A DNA stretch of 64,000 nt from Planctomycetota bacterium. GTDB taxonomy: Bacteria > Planctomycetota > Phycisphaerae > WQYP01. The stretch lies in assembly GCA_021810145.1 (NCBI GenBank), contig JAJZJL010000003.1:7218-71217 (forward strand), read 5' to 3'. This document shows, in pieces, positions 55,857-64,000 of the stretch. Each line of letters starts with the position of its first letter. The stretch's first letter is position 1. The notes beneath the pieces are model-generated. The model searched no databases. It was not told where the DNA came from and was given only the letters and a program-made list of their open reading frames with translations. Both the position numbers and the translations under genes were made by a program.

Positions 55857-56336
55857 ATGTTATCGGAAAACAGCTTTAATCCGAAGATTCTGGTGCTGGC
55901 CACCGAGGCGTGTGCTTATCCCGGTGCCGATGCCGTAGGCAAAGCGCATCTGGAATACGGCGCCAACGTATATGTTCTGCGTGTGCCGTCACCGGTATTG
56001 TTTCCCGAGGATTTCTATCTGCGGTGTTATGCCAGGGGAATTGATGGAATACTCATCGCGGCGTGCGGGTCGGACTGTCCGTACCGCGGGGCGTATGATC
56101 GTCTTGCGGCGCGAATTGATCGGCTGACAACGCGCATGAAAACCGGCGGACTGGAAATTCAGCGTATCCGTCTGACCGCCATCTGCACGGTGTGCATCAA
56201 GGCGTACCTGAAGGAAGTCGGACAGATGGATGAACAGCTCCGTGCGCTGGGGCCGGTGAACCGGCCACTGGCGGAGCAATTGCGGATTGCGGCGCGGGCC
56301 CAAATGCGTGAAGCCGCGCACGTGCATGCCGCATAG
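55857..56336 (+). CDS. stand-alone MvhD/FlpD-like (methyl-viologen-reducing hydrogenase delta subunit) domain protein
   Basis: 'ILVLATEACAYPGADAVG...VYVLRVPSPV...GIDGILIAACGSDCPYRG' is collinear with the MvhD pattern 'CCNWC.Y.GAD...R.MC.GR...G.DGV...GC...DCHY', but several Cys positions are replaced. Confidence 0.65.
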   Translation: MLSENSFNPKILVLATEACAYPGADAVGKAHLEYGANVYVLRVPSPVLFPEDFYLRCYARGIDGILIAACGSDCPYRGAYDRLAARIDRLTTRMKTGGLEIQRIRLTAICTVCIKAYLKEVGQMDEQLRALGPVNRPLAEQLRIAARAQMREAAHVHAA

Positions 56337-56373
56337 AACCATGCGGCCCGTGGTGTTGAAAGGTGTATCAATC

Positions 56374-57714
56374 ATGATTGCCAGTGCCAACAACGAGCGG
56401 CGTAAAAATACCGTGGTGATCGGCGGCGGGATAGCCGGATTACAGGCGGCTCTGGACCTTGCGGATCAGGGCTACAAGGTGGCGGTGGTGGAGCGGCAGG
56501 CGAGCATCGGCGGGCGCATGATCAGCCTCAGCAAGGTCTATCCCACCCTGGACTGTGCCAGTTGTATTACCACGCCCAAAATGTCCGCCGCCGCGCATCA
56601 CGAAAACATCGAACTGCTGACCTATACCGAAGTGGATTCCATAAGCCCCGGCCCGCACGGACACACCGTGGTCGTTACCCGCAAGCCCACGTATGTGAAC
56701 GCGGAAAAGTGCATTGGCTGCCGGTTATGCGAATATGCCTGCGATACCGAACATCCCGATGATTTTGAACAGGATTTGGGATCGGTTCGCGCTATTTCCG
56801 TGGCTTTTACCAATGCCATTCCACAGAAGGCGGTATTGGATGCCGATTATTGCCTGGCGTGCGGATTATGCCTGCGCGCCTGTCCGACGGACGCCATTGA
56901 ATTTGATCAGCAGCCGCGGCAGGAAACCATTCATGCCGATACGGTTATTGTGGCCTCCGGATTTCAACTCAACGCGTTGACCATCAAGCCGCAATACGGG
57001 GCGGATAAGAATCAGAATGTTATTTCCCCGCTGACCCTGGAACGGCTTCTGGCCCCGCATGGTCCCTACGGCCGCGTGCTGCGGCCATCGGACGGCAAAA
57101 TTCCGGACTCCATCGCGTTTGTGCAATGCGCCGGCTCACGCGATGAGACCATTGGCGTGCCTTATTGCTCAAGAGTCTGCTGCATGTACGCCATTAAACA
57201 GGCCATGCTGCTGTCCGGATCATTGCCGACCGCGGATATTACGATTTACTACATGGATATTCGCGCATTCGGAAAAGGGTATGAACAGTTTTACCAGAAT
57301 GCCAAAGCCATGGGCATTAATTTTGTCCGCGGAAAAGTATCTAAAATTGATTCCGCCGACAAAGATGATCTGCTGGTGCACGTGGAATTAACCGAAGAAG
57401 CGCAGGACTGTGTCCGTAAACAGCGGCATGACCTGGTGGTGTTGGCCCAGGGAATGATTCCACAGTGGAATCCAACCGCCAGTTCGCCGGTGCACATTGG
57501 CCGCGACGGCTTTGTGGCCACACCGGACGCGGGATCTCCCTGTTCGACCAATGTGCCGGGGATATTCGTGGCCGGTACGGCGGGTGGCCCCAAGGATATT
57601 GTCGACAGCATAGCGGAAGCCGGCGCAGCGGCCATGGAAGCCGGGCGGTATTTGAGCATGCGTGGAGCTTCCAGCGATTCCCCGCGGACCGTGGCACTGG
57701 AACTCATGGCATAA
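56374..57714 (+). CDS. HdrA-like FAD/FeS oxidoreductase (QmoA-like)
   Basis: 'VVIGGGIAGLQAALDLA', 'TLDCASC', ferredoxin motifs 'CIGCRLCEYAC' and 'CLACGLCLRACP', and the HdrA-type 'CSRVCC'. ATG at 56374. Confidence 0.8.
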   Translation: MIASANNERRKNTVVIGGGIAGLQAALDLADQGYKVAVVERQASIGGRMISLSKVYPTLDCASCITTPKMSAAAHHENIELLTYTEVDSISPGPHGHTVVVTRKPTYVNAEKCIGCRLCEYACDTEHPDDFEQDLGSVRAISVAFTNAIPQKAVLDADYCLACGLCLRACPTDAIEFDQQPRQETIHADTVIVASGFQLNALTIKPQYGADKNQNVISPLTLERLLAPHGPYGRVLRPSDGKIPDSIAFVQCAGSRDETIGVPYCSRVCCMYAIKQAMLLSGSLPTADITIYYMDIRAFGKGYEQFYQNAKAMGINFVRGKVSKIDSADKDDLLVHVELTEEAQDCVRKQRHDLVVLAQGMIPQWNPTASSPVHIGRDGFVATPDAGSPCSTNVPGIFVAGTAGGPKDIVDSIAEAGAAAMEAGRYLSMRGASSDSPRTVALELMA

Positions 57715-57726
57715 CAGAGGTTGATC

Positions 57727-59577
57727 ATGGACAGCGTCAATGACACAGCAGTACAGGATCCGGCACATTCGGCATCACCGCGCGTGGGTGTGTACATCTG
57801 CCGCTGCGGCGGCAATATTTCCGATGTTGTTGATACGGATCACGTTGCCGAGGTTTGCCGGCTTATTCCGGGTGTTGCGGTCGCCAAAGTTCACACGTTC
57901 ATGTGCTCTGATCCGGGGCAGCAGACCATCAGCGATGATATCAGACAGGAAAAACTGGATCGGGTGGTGGTGGCGTCGTGTTCCCCGTTTCTGCACGAAT
58001 TGACGTTTCGCGGTGCGGTGATGCGCAGCAGGATGAATCCCTATCTGTACGAACACGTCAATATCCGGGAGCAGTGTTCATGGGCACACAAACATGATCC
58101 GCAAGGAGCCACCGCCAAGGCCATTCAACTTATCAGCGCGGCCGTGGGAAAGGTCCGCTGCGCCACAGCGCTGGAAAAAATTCGCCTGCCCAATCACCGC
58201 CGGGCGCTGGTGGTCGGCGGCGGCCCGGCCGGCATGAAGGTGGCGGCGGACCTGGCGGCATGCGGAATTCCCGTGGTGGTTGTGGAGCGGTCGGATCGTC
58301 TGGGGGGAAAATTGCCGACGCTCAACCGCCTTTTTCCGGACGGGCAGAACGCAACAGCGCTGACGGATAAGCTGGAATCGCAGGTGCAGGTCAATCCCAA
58401 AATCGAGATTCTCTTAAAAAGTGAAGTGACCCAGGTCAGTGGTTTCATCGGCAACTTTGAAGTTACCATTCATGGCGACTTTGGTCCGTCCGGGCAGAGT
58501 ACCGACATTCATACCACGGTTGGCGTTATTGTCATGGCCACCGGATTTAAACCGTATGTTCCCAACGATGGTGAATTCAGCTACCGGAAGCATCCGGCGG
58601 TGGTTACAACGCTGGATTTCAACGCTTTGCTGGCCCGGCAGCACGGCAATCGCCGAACGCTTGAATTTGATGGAAGATCCATACGCAGCATCGCTTTTAT
58701 CCACTGCGTCGGCAGCCGGCAGCTTGACGGCGTACATGCGCCGGGACCGGATGGCCGCTTAAATACCTACTGTTCGCGTGTCTGCTGCACCACGGTTCTG
58801 AATCAGGCGGTGCAGGTGCGGCAAAACTTTCCGGACACCCGCGTTTATGACCTGCATCAGGATATCCGCACTTATGGCCGGGGTCATGAGGAATATTACA
58901 CCGATGCTTCACGCGCCGGAGTGGTGTTTTTCCGATATCACGGCGATGAACCGCCAAAGGTAGTTCATACCGACGGACCAGGCTCGCCCCTGCGGATTAC
59001 CGTTAAAGATTATCTGTCATGGGGAGAGGAACTGGAACTGGAAGCGGATATGGTGGTCCTGGCGGTCGGCATGACTCCGGGGTCTTGCGAAACACTGGTG
59101 GATCAACTCAAGCTTCCGCGCGGCGAGGACGGCTTCCTGCAGGAAATTCACCCCAAACTTCGCCCGGTTGAAATTTCCGTCAATGGCGTATTGCTGGCGG
59201 GTACGGCGCAAGCCCCGATGAATATTCACGAAACTCTGGCCGCCGCCGGCGCAGCGGCCGTTAAGGCCCGAGCCATGTTCACCACCGATGAAGTTGAACT
59301 CAATCCGTATGTCGCCGAGGTTAATACGCAATTATGCGAAGGATCCGGCGCGTGTCTTACGCAATGTGAATATGACGGAGCCTTGACCCTGACGGAAATA
59401 CAGCAGGATGGCCGAACCGTGCGTAAAGCGCGGGTAAATCCCGGCCTGTGCGTGGGTTGCGGCGCGTGCGTGGCGGTCTGCCCGACGCAAGCCATCAATG
59501 TCAGCGGCTGGCGCATTGATCAATACGATGCGATGGTCGATGGCCTGGTGCGGGATATGGCCCCGGCCACGGTTTAA
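57727..59577 (+). CDS. HdrA-like FAD/FeS oxidoreductase, long form (QmoB-like but without C-terminal MvhD domain)
   Basis: N-terminal 'VGVYICRCGGNISDVVD', 'LVVGGGPAGMKVAADLA', 'CSRVCC', and C-terminal 'CEGSGACLTQC' and 'CVGCGACVAVCP'. Confidence 0.8.
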   Translation: MDSVNDTAVQDPAHSASPRVGVYICRCGGNISDVVDTDHVAEVCRLIPGVAVAKVHTFMCSDPGQQTISDDIRQEKLDRVVVASCSPFLHELTFRGAVMRSRMNPYLYEHVNIREQCSWAHKHDPQGATAKAIQLISAAVGKVRCATALEKIRLPNHRRALVVGGGPAGMKVAADLAACGIPVVVVERSDRLGGKLPTLNRLFPDGQNATALTDKLESQVQVNPKIEILLKSEVTQVSGFIGNFEVTIHGDFGPSGQSTDIHTTVGVIVMATGFKPYVPNDGEFSYRKHPAVVTTLDFNALLARQHGNRRTLEFDGRSIRSIAFIHCVGSRQLDGVHAPGPDGRLNTYCSRVCCTTVLNQAVQVRQNFPDTRVYDLHQDIRTYGRGHEEYYTDASRAGVVFFRYHGDEPPKVVHTDGPGSPLRITVKDYLSWGEELELEADMVVLAVGMTPGSCETLVDQLKLPRGEDGFLQEIHPKLRPVEISVNGVLLAGTAQAPMNIHETLAAAGAAAVKARAMFTTDEVELNPYVAEVNTQLCEGSGACLTQCEYDGALTLTEIQQDGRTVRKARVNPGLCVGCGACVAVCPTQAINVSGWRIDQYDAMVDGLVRDMAPATV

Positions 59578-59592
59578 GAAGGATGGTGCCCC

Positions 59593-59910
59593 ATGGCAAA
59601 AAAAGCGATTACGGCGGAACAGAAAAAAGCTCTCGCCGATTTCAGAGCCCGAACGGGCGGTAGCGACGAGCTTAAACTCAAGCGGCATAAGGACTTTCTC
59701 ACGGCCCGAAAGGCCATACGAAAATCCCTGCAAAATCAGCCCGATACGGTGCCAGCACTGGCGCAAAGCCTGAATCTGCCGGCACCGGACGTATTGCGGC
59801 ACATCGCCGGAATGCGGAAATACGGCGAGGTGCGGGAACTCGGCGAAACCGACGGATATGTCCGCTACGGCCTGACGGAACCGGAGCCTGCAAGCCCGAA
59901 AAAGCTTTGA
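59593..59910 (+). CDS. hypothetical small protein, possible winged-helix
   Basis: 105 aa, Lys/Arg-rich N-terminal half followed by 'VPALAQSLNLPAPDVLRHIAGMRKYGEVRELGETDGYVRYGL'. It is tightly packed between the HdrA-like and QmoC-like genes. Confidence 0.4.
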   Translation: MAKKAITAEQKKALADFRARTGGSDELKLKRHKDFLTARKAIRKSLQNQPDTVPALAQSLNLPAPDVLRHIAGMRKYGEVRELGETDGYVRYGLTEPEPASPKKL

Positions 59911-59957
59911 CGCCGTCGTACATTGGCAATGCGGCAAGAGAATGAAGAGGTTGTATC

Positions 59958-61115
59958 ATGGCTGGGACATTTAATTCGGATCTGCATCTGGATATCAAGG
60001 CGTTTGGCGGGAAAGATGTGGATATGTGCATGAACTGCGGGACATGCACAACCATCTGTCCCATGTCGGAAGACTCCGGCGGCGGCTTTCCGCGCCGGGT
60101 GATCCGGCTGATTCAGACCGGGCAGCAGGCCAAACTGGAAGCCAGCCTGGATCCGTGGATGTGCTATTATTGCGGTGACTGCACCAGCAGTTGTCCACGC
60201 CAGGCGAATCCGGCGGAAACCATGATGGCGTCACGCCGCTTTCTCACCGCCCGTTATGATTTTACATCCCTCGCCCGATTGTTCTATCGATCGGCCGCGG
60301 CCGAAATTTCGGCCATTATTCTGGTTGGACTGTTTGTCACCGGATTATTTGTAGCCTTTCACGGGCCGATGGTGTTAAACAAAGTCGAACTCAATACGTT
60401 CGCCCCGGTTCATGCGGTTGAACTGGGCGACTGGATTATGGCGGCGGTGCTCTCGTTTTTCCTGCTGGCCGGAGCCGCCCGCATGACCTGGTGGACGCTG
60501 GGGCGGCGAAACATGTTCCGTATTTCACCGATGATTTTTCTCCGGCAAATTCCGGTGTTTTTTGTGCATCTGTTCACGCAGAAACGCTGGCATAAATGCG
60601 GATCGCATCCCAGTGCCGTCCGCTGGTTCAAGCACCTGCTGCTGGTTTCCGGATATTTAAGCATGCTCACGCTGGTGCTGATACTTTTACGCTGGTTTCA
60701 AACCGACACGGTGTACCCGTTTTATTATCCGCAGCGGCTCTGGGGATATTATGCCACCATTGCGCTGCTGTATCCGACGGCGGATTTCCTCATTTCCCGC
60801 TGGCGGCGCAAGGAACCGATTCACCTCTTCAGCGAAGCCAGCGACTGGATATTCCTGATCATGCTGTTTCTGACCGCATTAACCGGCATTATGGTTAATA
60901 TTTTCCGCGTGGGCTCATTGCCCATGGCCACGTATGTTATTTACGTTATTCATCTTTCCATTGCGGTTCCCATGCTGGTGGTGGAAGTTCCGTTCAGTAA
61001 ATGGTCGCATATCATGTATCGGCCATTGTCGATATATCTGGCGGGGGTCAAGCAGGCGGCGGCGAATGCCGCGCGAAAGCTTGAAGAACCGGAAGCAACG
61101 AAAGCGGCCGCGTGA
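59958..61115 (+). CDS. QmoC-like protein: HdrC-like 2x[4Fe-4S] domain fused to an HdrE/NarI-like membrane domain
   Basis: 'CMNCGTCTTICP' and 'CYYCGDCTSSCP', followed by about 6 hydrophobic segments containing conserved His residues. Confidence 0.7.
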   Translation: MAGTFNSDLHLDIKAFGGKDVDMCMNCGTCTTICPMSEDSGGGFPRRVIRLIQTGQQAKLEASLDPWMCYYCGDCTSSCPRQANPAETMMASRRFLTARYDFTSLARLFYRSAAAEISAIILVGLFVTGLFVAFHGPMVLNKVELNTFAPVHAVELGDWIMAAVLSFFLLAGAARMTWWTLGRRNMFRISPMIFLRQIPVFFVHLFTQKRWHKCGSHPSAVRWFKHLLLVSGYLSMLTLVLILLRWFQTDTVYPFYYPQRLWGYYATIALLYPTADFLISRWRRKEPIHLFSEASDWIFLIMLFLTALTGIMVNIFRVGSLPMATYVIYVIHLSIAVPMLVVEVPFSKWSHIMYRPLSIYLAGVKQAAANAARKLEEPEATKAAA

Positions 61116-61169
61116 TGTCGGAGTCAACCGCCGCCGCGCAGCGGATCACATTGCATAAAGGAGTTTGTT

Positions 61170-61727
61170 ATGGCTGTTATGGAAAAACCGGATATGGATC
61201 AGAAAATTGCGGAATTAACGGCCCGCGTGGAGTCGCTGGAAAAATCCGCCGGCAATGACCGGCTTGCCATCGGTGTCATGCAGGGGGATCTGGATTCCAC
61301 GATTGCCGCTTTTATCATTGCGCTGGGAGCGGTGGCGTATGACATTCAGGTGGACATGTTTTTCACCTTCTGGGCTATCGCGGCACTGCGTGATCCGAAA
61401 AAGCATGCGAAAAAAGGCGTGCTGGACCGCATGTTTGGAATCATGCTGCCGAGAGGTTCGCGCGGCCTGCCGCTTTCCAAAATGCAGATGGCCGGCATCG
61501 GACCGAAAATGATTCGCGCGGTTATGAAACAGCGCGGCGTTAAATCGCTTGAGGAGCTTATGCAGCAAGCCGGCGAACTTGGCGTGCGTATTCACATCTG
61601 CGAGATGTCCATGAATGTTATGGGCTTCAAGGAACAGGAGATGATGGATTATCCGCATCTGGATTATGTCGGCGTGGGCACGTTTATTAACTTAATCAGT
61701 GAATCCAAGCAGGTTGTGTTCCTGTAA
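61170..61727 (+). CDS. DsrE/DsrF-like (DrsE_2-type) family protein
   Basis: AAAGGAG RBS. 'AAFIIALGA', 'FFTFWAI' and 'RIHICEMSMNVMGF' form the Cys-containing family block. Confidence 0.65.
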   Translation: MAVMEKPDMDQKIAELTARVESLEKSAGNDRLAIGVMQGDLDSTIAAFIIALGAVAYDIQVDMFFTFWAIAALRDPKKHAKKGVLDRMFGIMLPRGSRGLPLSKMQMAGIGPKMIRAVMKQRGVKSLEELMQQAGELGVRIHICEMSMNVMGFKEQEMMDYPHLDYVGVGTFINLISESKQVVFL

Positions 61728-61790
61728 AGCCGATTCAGCGGCCGCCGCGTTGCGTGCCGCGTATCCCGCGGGGTACAAAGGAGAATCATC

Positions 61791-62780
61791 ATGAACATGC
61801 AAACCCAATACATGGGATTTACGCTTGAAACACCCTTAATCATCGGGGCATCGCCTCTGGCGGACGATTCCCAGCGGGTTGGCGCGCTGGTGGAGGCGGG
61901 AGCGGCGGCGGTGGTGCTGCACTCGCTGTTTCAGGAACAAATTGATGGCGAGCATTTTTCAACCGTGTATCTCCGGGAAATGTACGCCGACGCACAACCC
62001 CGGCGCGATGATTTTATTGATCCGACCGCCTTTCATTCGAATCCTGAACAATATTTATCGCACATCGAGAACCTCAAGAAAATGGTGAATGTGCCGGTCA
62101 TCGGATCGCTCAACGGCTCGCGCCCCGGCGGATGGATTCGCTACGCCGAACATATCCAGCAGGCCGGCGCCGACGCACTGGAATTAAACCTCTACGCATT
62201 TCCCAGCGATCCCAGCATCAGCGGCCAGGATGTTGAAAATCAGATGCTGGATATTATCCGCATGGTGACCGGCTCGGTACGCATACCGGTGGCGGTGAAG
62301 GTTTCACCGTTTCTATCATCGCTGCCGCATTTTGCATCAGCCGTTCAGCACGCCGGTGCCGCGGCACTGGTATTGTTTAACCGGGTCTATCAGATTCCGG
62401 AAGAAACGATCATGCGCGACAGCGAACCGGCCGGCCATCAGCAGGATAGTGCACATTTACAGATACGCCTTTACTGGCTGGCGGTTATGGCGCAGCATCT
62501 GAATGTTTCCCTGGCCATATCCGGCGCAGTGAATACCGGGACGGATGTGTTCAAAGCGGTCAAGGCCGGTGCCCACGCCGCGCAGGTGGTTTCAGCGGTA
62601 TTGCGCAGCGGCCCCAATGCGCTGCGAAACATATTACGCGAATTCCAGCAATGTATGCTGCAGCAGCACTGCCAGTCCATCGACGATCTGCGCCGGGTTA
62701 CGCGCTTTGACCAGGTACCCGATCCGGAAACCTGCGAGCGCCTTCGCTATATGCGGGCCTTGCAGCACTGGCAACAGTGA
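61791..62780 (+). CDS. dihydroorotate dehydrogenase-like (class 1 DHOD/DPD-type TIM-barrel flavoprotein) protein
   Basis: AAAGGAG RBS. 'LETPLIIGASPL', 'GAAAVVLHSLF', 'GADALELNLY', 'IPVAVKVSPF' and 'LAISGAVNTGTDVFKAVKAGA'. Confidence 0.7.
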   Translation: MNMQTQYMGFTLETPLIIGASPLADDSQRVGALVEAGAAAVVLHSLFQEQIDGEHFSTVYLREMYADAQPRRDDFIDPTAFHSNPEQYLSHIENLKKMVNVPVIGSLNGSRPGGWIRYAEHIQQAGADALELNLYAFPSDPSISGQDVENQMLDIIRMVTGSVRIPVAVKVSPFLSSLPHFASAVQHAGAAALVLFNRVYQIPEETIMRDSEPAGHQQDSAHLQIRLYWLAVMAQHLNVSLAISGAVNTGTDVFKAVKAGAHAAQVVSAVLRSGPNALRNILREFQQCMLQQHCQSIDDLRRVTRFDQVPDPETCERLRYMRALQHWQQ

Positions 62781-62946
62781 CCTTATAGCCGGTATGGAAA
62801 ATCCGCCAGCAGCGCCTTGGGGCGGCAAACTGCCGCCTGCGGCGTAATCGATCCTCAATATATTCCGGAATAGGCTTGGGATCTGCGTTCTTGCGTCCAA
62901 TCATCCGCCAAACAATGAACCCACAGCGGACTTTTCAAACAGTCTC

Positions 62947-63711
62947 TTACGCCCGCCGGGCCGCCAGCGCCCGGCAGGTATCGGCGAATACTTCCTCCGG
63001 TGAAGCGTCGGCTGAAATGGGAACCAGCACGCCACGCTGCTGGTAATAGGCGGTAAGAGGTTCGGTTACGGCGGTGTATTGGCGCATGCGGATACAGGCC
63101 ACTTCCGGACGATCATCATCACGTTGTTTGAGTTTGCCTCCGCACTGATCACACATGCCAACGCTTTTTTGCGGCGGCTTGCTTACCGTGTGATAGACCG
63201 CATGACAATTCGGACATGTGAGCCTGCCGGCGGCGCGGGCGATTGTGGCGTCAAGCGACAATTCGTAATCGATTACCGCGTCCAAAACAATGTTTTCGCT
63301 CGCCAGGAGTTTATCAAAATCAATGGCCTGCTGCAGCGTGCGGGGGAAGCCATCCAAAATAAAACCGCCGGCACAGTGCAGACAACCGGACCGTTCCGCC
63401 ACCATCGCCATGACCAGTTCATCGGAAACCAGTTTTCCCGCCCGCATCAACGCCAGAGCCTCGCTCATGGCGGCGGTGGCTTGGCAGGATTCCATCCGCT
63501 TGGCCGTGCGAAACACATCACCGGTGGAAAGATGGCACGCTCCAAATTGCGCCGCCAGCAATTGAGCCTGTGTCCCCTTGCCCACACCCGGGGGGCCGAG
63601 CAGAACCAGCCGCCATGGCCGCTGCTGCGCTGGAGGTTTGACGGAACACTCAAACGCCGGCCCCTTGAGCCAGGCGGCACGATCCGATGGCGGTGTAACA
63701 GCAGGGCGCAT
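62947..63711 (-). CDS. adk: adenylate kinase (Zn-lid type) with an N-terminal extension of about 30 aa
   Basis: 'LVLLGPPGVGKGTQA', 'LSTGDVFR', 'GFILDGFPRT' and lid 'CPNCHAVYH...CDQCGGKLKQRDDD'. There is only one in-frame ATG. Confidence 0.9.
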   Translation of the reverse strand: MRPAVTPPSDRAAWLKGPAFECSVKPPAQQRPWRLVLLGPPGVGKGTQAQLLAAQFGACHLSTGDVFRTAKRMESCQATAAMSEALALMRAGKLVSDELVMAMVAERSGCLHCAGGFILDGFPRTLQQAIDFDKLLASENIVLDAVIDYELSLDATIARAAGRLTCPNCHAVYHTVSKPPQKSVGMCDQCGGKLKQRDDDRPEVACIRMRQYTAVTEPLTAYYQQRGVLVPISADASPEEVFADTCRALAARRA

Positions 63712-64000
63712 AAAAAAGCCTCCTGATCCGCCCCCGTGGCAATAAATAAATTGGCAGCCGACCCACAGCTCTTTGCGTGATTATATGCCGGTGAAACTGG
63801 CCCGGGCAAATGGCGAAAGCTGAATTTTGCACAAGAAAACCATGGAAGTTGGAATAGCGGCGCGGCGGCGAATAAATCGAATTCTGCAATTGGAAGTATT
63901 ACGAGGCTCGGCACGCCTGGACGACACATGCGCGGGCGTTACTCGGCGTTGGAGCCGCCGGGGCGGGGCTGGGGCACACAATCATTCGTAGCGCCATATA

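Noticed and set aside
55857-61115. Calling the cluster qmoABC of dissimilatory sulfate reduction or sulfite oxidation
   Set aside because: No aprBA, sat or dsr genes are in the window. MvhD is detached and Cys-depleted, and extra genes (TusA, DsrE-like, DHOD-like, a 105-aa ORF) are interleaved. Only 'Qmo-like' is justified.
62821-62837. Hairpin GGCGGCA-aac-TGCCGCC after the DHOD-like gene as a terminator
   Set aside because: It has a 7-bp stem with a 3-nt loop and no following T-tract on either strand, which is too weak to call.
63079-63726. 215-aa plus-strand ORF at the adk locus
   Set aside because: It is antisense to an unmistakable adenylate kinase and has no motifs.

Overview
Read by eye from the sequence and the ORF track; no searches were run and GC content was not computed. 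This is a gene-dense chromosomal segment from a diderm bacterium. Exported glycosidases and esterases and a 'D.FSG.P..Y' C-terminal motif hint at a PVC-type lineage, at low confidence.

Content in order:
- galM, an exported glutathione peroxidase and a GT2/GT21 glycosyltransferase.
- A ~200-bp heptamer microsatellite in a convergent intergenic gap.
- An Ala/Gln-rich lipoprotein.
- A complete kdpFABC-kdpDE potassium-uptake locus with candidate KdpE boxes.
- An NRAMP-family transporter with a non-canonical metal site, divergent from a DtxR-family regulator.
- A YhaM-like OB-HD nuclease, a FucP/GluP-type MFS sugar transporter, queG, an ABC exporter and ruvAB.
- A TAT-exported GH2 glycosidase and two tandem SGNH hydrolase paralogs with near-identical 5' ends.
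- A tightly coupled ABC-type ATPase plus small Toprim/RloB-like gene pair, a candidate defence module.
- A 7-gene group-4-hydrogenase-like membrane complex whose large subunit has no [NiFe] cysteine ligands (Ehr-type). It is preceded by an HTH-EIIA(Ntr) fusion gene.
- A cluster of vWA-like anchor, ExbB, two ExbD and an 875-aa helical-repeat protein, with no TonB.
- tRNA-Ala(GGC) with a terminator, thyA and a FadL-type porin.
- An ArsR/TusA/MvhD/HdrA-like x2/QmoC-like/DsrE-like/DHOD-like operon with no aprBA, sat or dsr genes.
- adk.

No CRISPR array, transposase, integrase or rRNA was seen. The best leads are the orphan Qmo-like sulfur/electron-transfer operon, the ATPase+Toprim-like pair, the Cys-less Ehr-type complex with its HTH-EIIA gene, and the TonB-less ExbBD/vWA cluster.
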